This document shows, one piece after another, positions 60,840-64,000 of a stretch of DNA of 64,000 nt (its first letter is position 1; each line of letters begins with the position of its first letter). Both the position numbers and the translations under genes were made by a program. Below the pieces are notes generated by a model that was not told the DNA's origin, searched no databases, and saw only the letters and a list, made by a program, of their open reading frames with translations. The stretch comes from Utricularia gibba (taxonomy: Eukaryota; Plantae; Magnoliophyta): NCBI GenBank assembly GCA_002189035.1, contig NEEC01000010.1, forward strand, positions 992,001-1,056,000, in the 5' to 3' direction.

Positions 60840-63800
60840 ATGGCTCAGTCATCGCGAAGGTACCATGTTGTTGGGGATTATATGGTTGGGAGGCAGATAG
60901 GAGCCGGTTCGTTCTCGACGGTGTGGCATGCGCGCCATCGTATCCATGGGACTGAAGTGGCGATCAAGGAGATTCTCATGTCGCGGTTGAATCCCCGGTT
61001 GCAGGAAAGCCTTAAATCAGAGATCTTTATTCTGAAGAGAATAAATCACCCGAACATTATCCGCTTGCACGACATGATCGAGGTCCCCTTCTTCTCTGTT
61101 GTTCTTCTGAGTTGCGATTGCATATTAAGGAATGAGTAGATGGGTCCATGGGTCCCTAGGTGATGTCCTTATGCATCGGCATTAGCTTCCGCTTGGTGAT
61201 TTCCTTGAGGTTTCTGGGTGAAATGCTGCTAAATTTACTCTGCCCAAAGATAATGTATCTTGTTTTCTGGTACTAGTTAGGTCTAAGGCGAATTATGAAA
61301 AGATGGTTTTAAATCCGATAGGCATAAATGTCCGACTTAAGGGGAAGGGTTTTGACGCGGGGATGTTAAATCCAATCTGGAGTAAATGAGCAATTTTTGT
61401 CCCATTGCAGTTGACATCATACTGATGATGGTTTTTATGGTATATTTATGCTTTCCAAAAGCAGGTTCATTATGTGCATTTTTCCTTCCTAATGAATCAT
61501 GTTTTTCCAATGTGTAGGATTCCGGAAAGATTTATATCATTTTGGAATACTGCAAGGGAGGTGATCTTTCCATGTATATTCAACAACATCAGGGAAGAAT
61601 ATCTGAGGCAGCTGCGAAGCATTTTATGCAGCAACTGGGTATGTTTGTGATCTGATCAACCCATTTGTTCCATAATTTTGCTCTCTCTAATACAAAAACT
61701 CATGCAGCGGAAGGTCTTAAAGTTGTGCGTGAACATAGCCTCATACATAGGGATTTAAAACCTCAGGTTAGCAAAAGGAAACATTCTTTCTCCACATCTA
61801 TCCCTACTACAGCTGTTTTCAAGTTGAAATAGCGTTTGAAGAAAACCTCTTAGGTATATGCTGATCAATACATAATCAAAGTCGTGCATTGAAGTTCTTG
61901 GCTGAGCTTTCATAACTTCCGTTTTTTCTTCATAAAAAACTGAACTTCACATGTGCACTTTTCTTATTTCTGGAGCAGAATCTACTCCTTTCTAGTAAAG
62001 ATGACAAAAGCATCTTGAAGATCGCGGACTTTGGATTTGCAAGGTGTGGATTCTAGATAAATAGCTGACATGTTTATTAGAACCCTTGTTGGCCACAATA
62101 TTTGGTTGCAAATATTACTCCTACTATCTGCATAAACTCTGTCCTTTATTGGTTATCTGGACATGGGGTTATGAGGCCCTTTCAACACATTTTGTTTCTA
62201 GACACCTGTATTCTTGCACTTGGGCATGGAACAAACCTTTCAAGTGAATTTTCTTATTGGTCAATAGCTTCTCTAAGCTACAAATTGAATGTTCTCCTTT
62301 TCTAGGCCCCTGCAGCCTACAGGACTTGCAGAAACCTTATGTGGTTCACCGTTGTACATGGCTCCCGAGATCATGCAGCTTCAGAAATATGATGCTAAGG
62401 TGAGATATTAACAATACTCAAGCAGCCATTAACACATCGGAGATCCCTGTTAGATTTGCTCCTATAATGCCAGGCAGATCTGTGGAGTGTTGGTGCCATC
62501 TTGTTTCAACTTGTAACCGGGAAGCCACCATTCACTGGGAATAACCAAATACAGGTTGGCTCAGTTTACATTGCTCAGCGTTTTGTTTCTGGTGTTTCAA
62601 AAGCTTTTGGTTGGTGTCTGTCTGAATTGTTCTCAAAATCTTCTGCAGCTTCTAAATAACATTATGAAGTCAACTGAGCTCCAGTTTCCTCCTGAGGCGG
62701 AAGGTTTGAGTCCTGCTTGCATCGATTTGTGCAAGAAATTGCTTCGTCGTGATCCAGGTTTTAGGAAAGCTTCAGACTCCGTTATACAACCCACTGTGAA
62801 ACTTTACCCTCATGCATCAGTAACAGTATACATCCACGTTATCTGAAATCTGAAGTATTTGTTTTAACAGTGGAGCGGCTGACATTTGAAGAATTTTTTA
62901 GCCATCCATATCTACTTGAAGGACATGCCGATGAAAGTTTCAGGTGCATTTCAAACATTTGCTCACGAGTATGAGCTTTTGGTTTCATGTCTGGATGTTA
63001 TTTTTTTCTGCTATCAGGAGCAGGAAATCCAAAGGGGTTTCTTACAATCATCCCGCAAGAAGCACAGAACAATCGTCTCAGGATGATTACCTGCCATTCA
63101 CTCTAGATGATGATGCTACTGGTCCAGATGCAAACGCTCCCCTCTCTACGAAGCAAAGCATGCAGCCCGCTTATGGGTTTTCTCCCGGGCTAAAGAGAGA
63201 TCCGGTTTCGAATCTTGGTAAACTAGCAGATTCTTCCAATCCCAGAGGTGGTAGGTGCTAGTTCATCATTTTCATTCTTTTCTTCCAGTGTTTTTTTTTT
63301 CCTGATTCTTCTGAACTTGACAGTTTTAGATTCACTGGAGTCAATCGATCAGGATTATGTGATTGTCTCAGGCACCCAGTTAGGCTCATCAGCATCACTA
63401 CGTTCTTCTAAGGCAAGTCACTGCCCCTCGAAATTTGGCAGTCATGATTCTAGAAATATGAACTCCACGAATGAAGGGCTGCCACTTACTAGTGGAGCAG
63501 CTGCTGGGGTCAGTTGCAACACAAACCTCGATGATAGACTCCCAATTGCGGGAACATCCCGGCAAGGTTCGATGGCTACAGCGGGCACCACTCAACAACC
63601 ATCTGCTGATGGCGTTAGGCGAATCAATTCTTTGCAGCATCATGCTGTGGCCATAACGGAACTAGTAAAAAGCAAGGTTGCTTCACACCTCTGTTTTTTT
63701 TTTTTTCTTTTTTGAATGTTGAAGTGTCTTGGTCATGGATGAATGTATTCTCGCAGCTCGAGGCAGGGAAGCAACTAGAAGCCTTTTCCATTCAGCTTGT

Positions 63801-64000
63801 GATTCTTGCCATATGGAAGCAAGCACTGAACATTTGCCACGCCCATGCTGCATCAGCTTTTGAAGAAAGCCGTACTAAGCTTGATATCAGGGAATCCCGA
63901 GATACCGCCAATGAAAATGAAGCTTCCGGCATTTGTGCCAAGATAGAGAGAGCATTTCTTCAGGAAGTAGAGCTTGCTGAACAACTTGCTAAAGCAGTAG
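60840..64000 (+). CDS. ATG1: Autophagy kinase ATG1 (5' part, runs off the window)
   Basis: [71 protein letters not shown]-like DQDYVIV, and the start of the C-terminal domain ([23 protein letters not shown]). Confidence 0.94.

Overview
This is a gene-dense stretch of a eudicot plant nuclear chromosome (short spliceosomal introns, AT-rich intergenic DNA, no prokaryotic features). From left to right it holds: the right end of a PIF/Harbinger transposon that appears to carry a NIF/FCP1-like HAD phosphatase gene; a complete Tourist MITE; a diverged local duplication; two tandem CYP716-family triterpenoid oxidase genes separated by a decayed hAT element; a YTH-domain m6A reader (ECT10-like); DLDG1/CemA-like; two tandem OCT7/NiaP-like MFS transporters; an NT5C-type HAD nucleotidase; kinesin-7 (NACK2-like); a SAUR; an LHW-like bHLH with a conserved-peptide uORF; a solo LTR; peptidyl-tRNA hydrolase; uracil phosphoribosyltransferase; a 7-exon PRA1.A gene that the ORF track does not assemble; and the 5' part of ATG1. 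I cannot claim a wholly new system. The best leads are: (i) each tandem pair has a copy with functionally suggestive substitutions (substrate-recognition motifs in CYP716 copy 2; loss of the TM1 acidic pair in transporter copy B); (ii) all three CYP716 frameshifts are single-base deletions in C-runs and look like assembly errors rather than pseudogenisation; (iii) the LHW-type CPuORF is divergent; (iv) possible gene capture by a Harbinger element; (v) a duplicated small ORF with frame-preserving indels. All gene identities come from motif recognition, not database searches.
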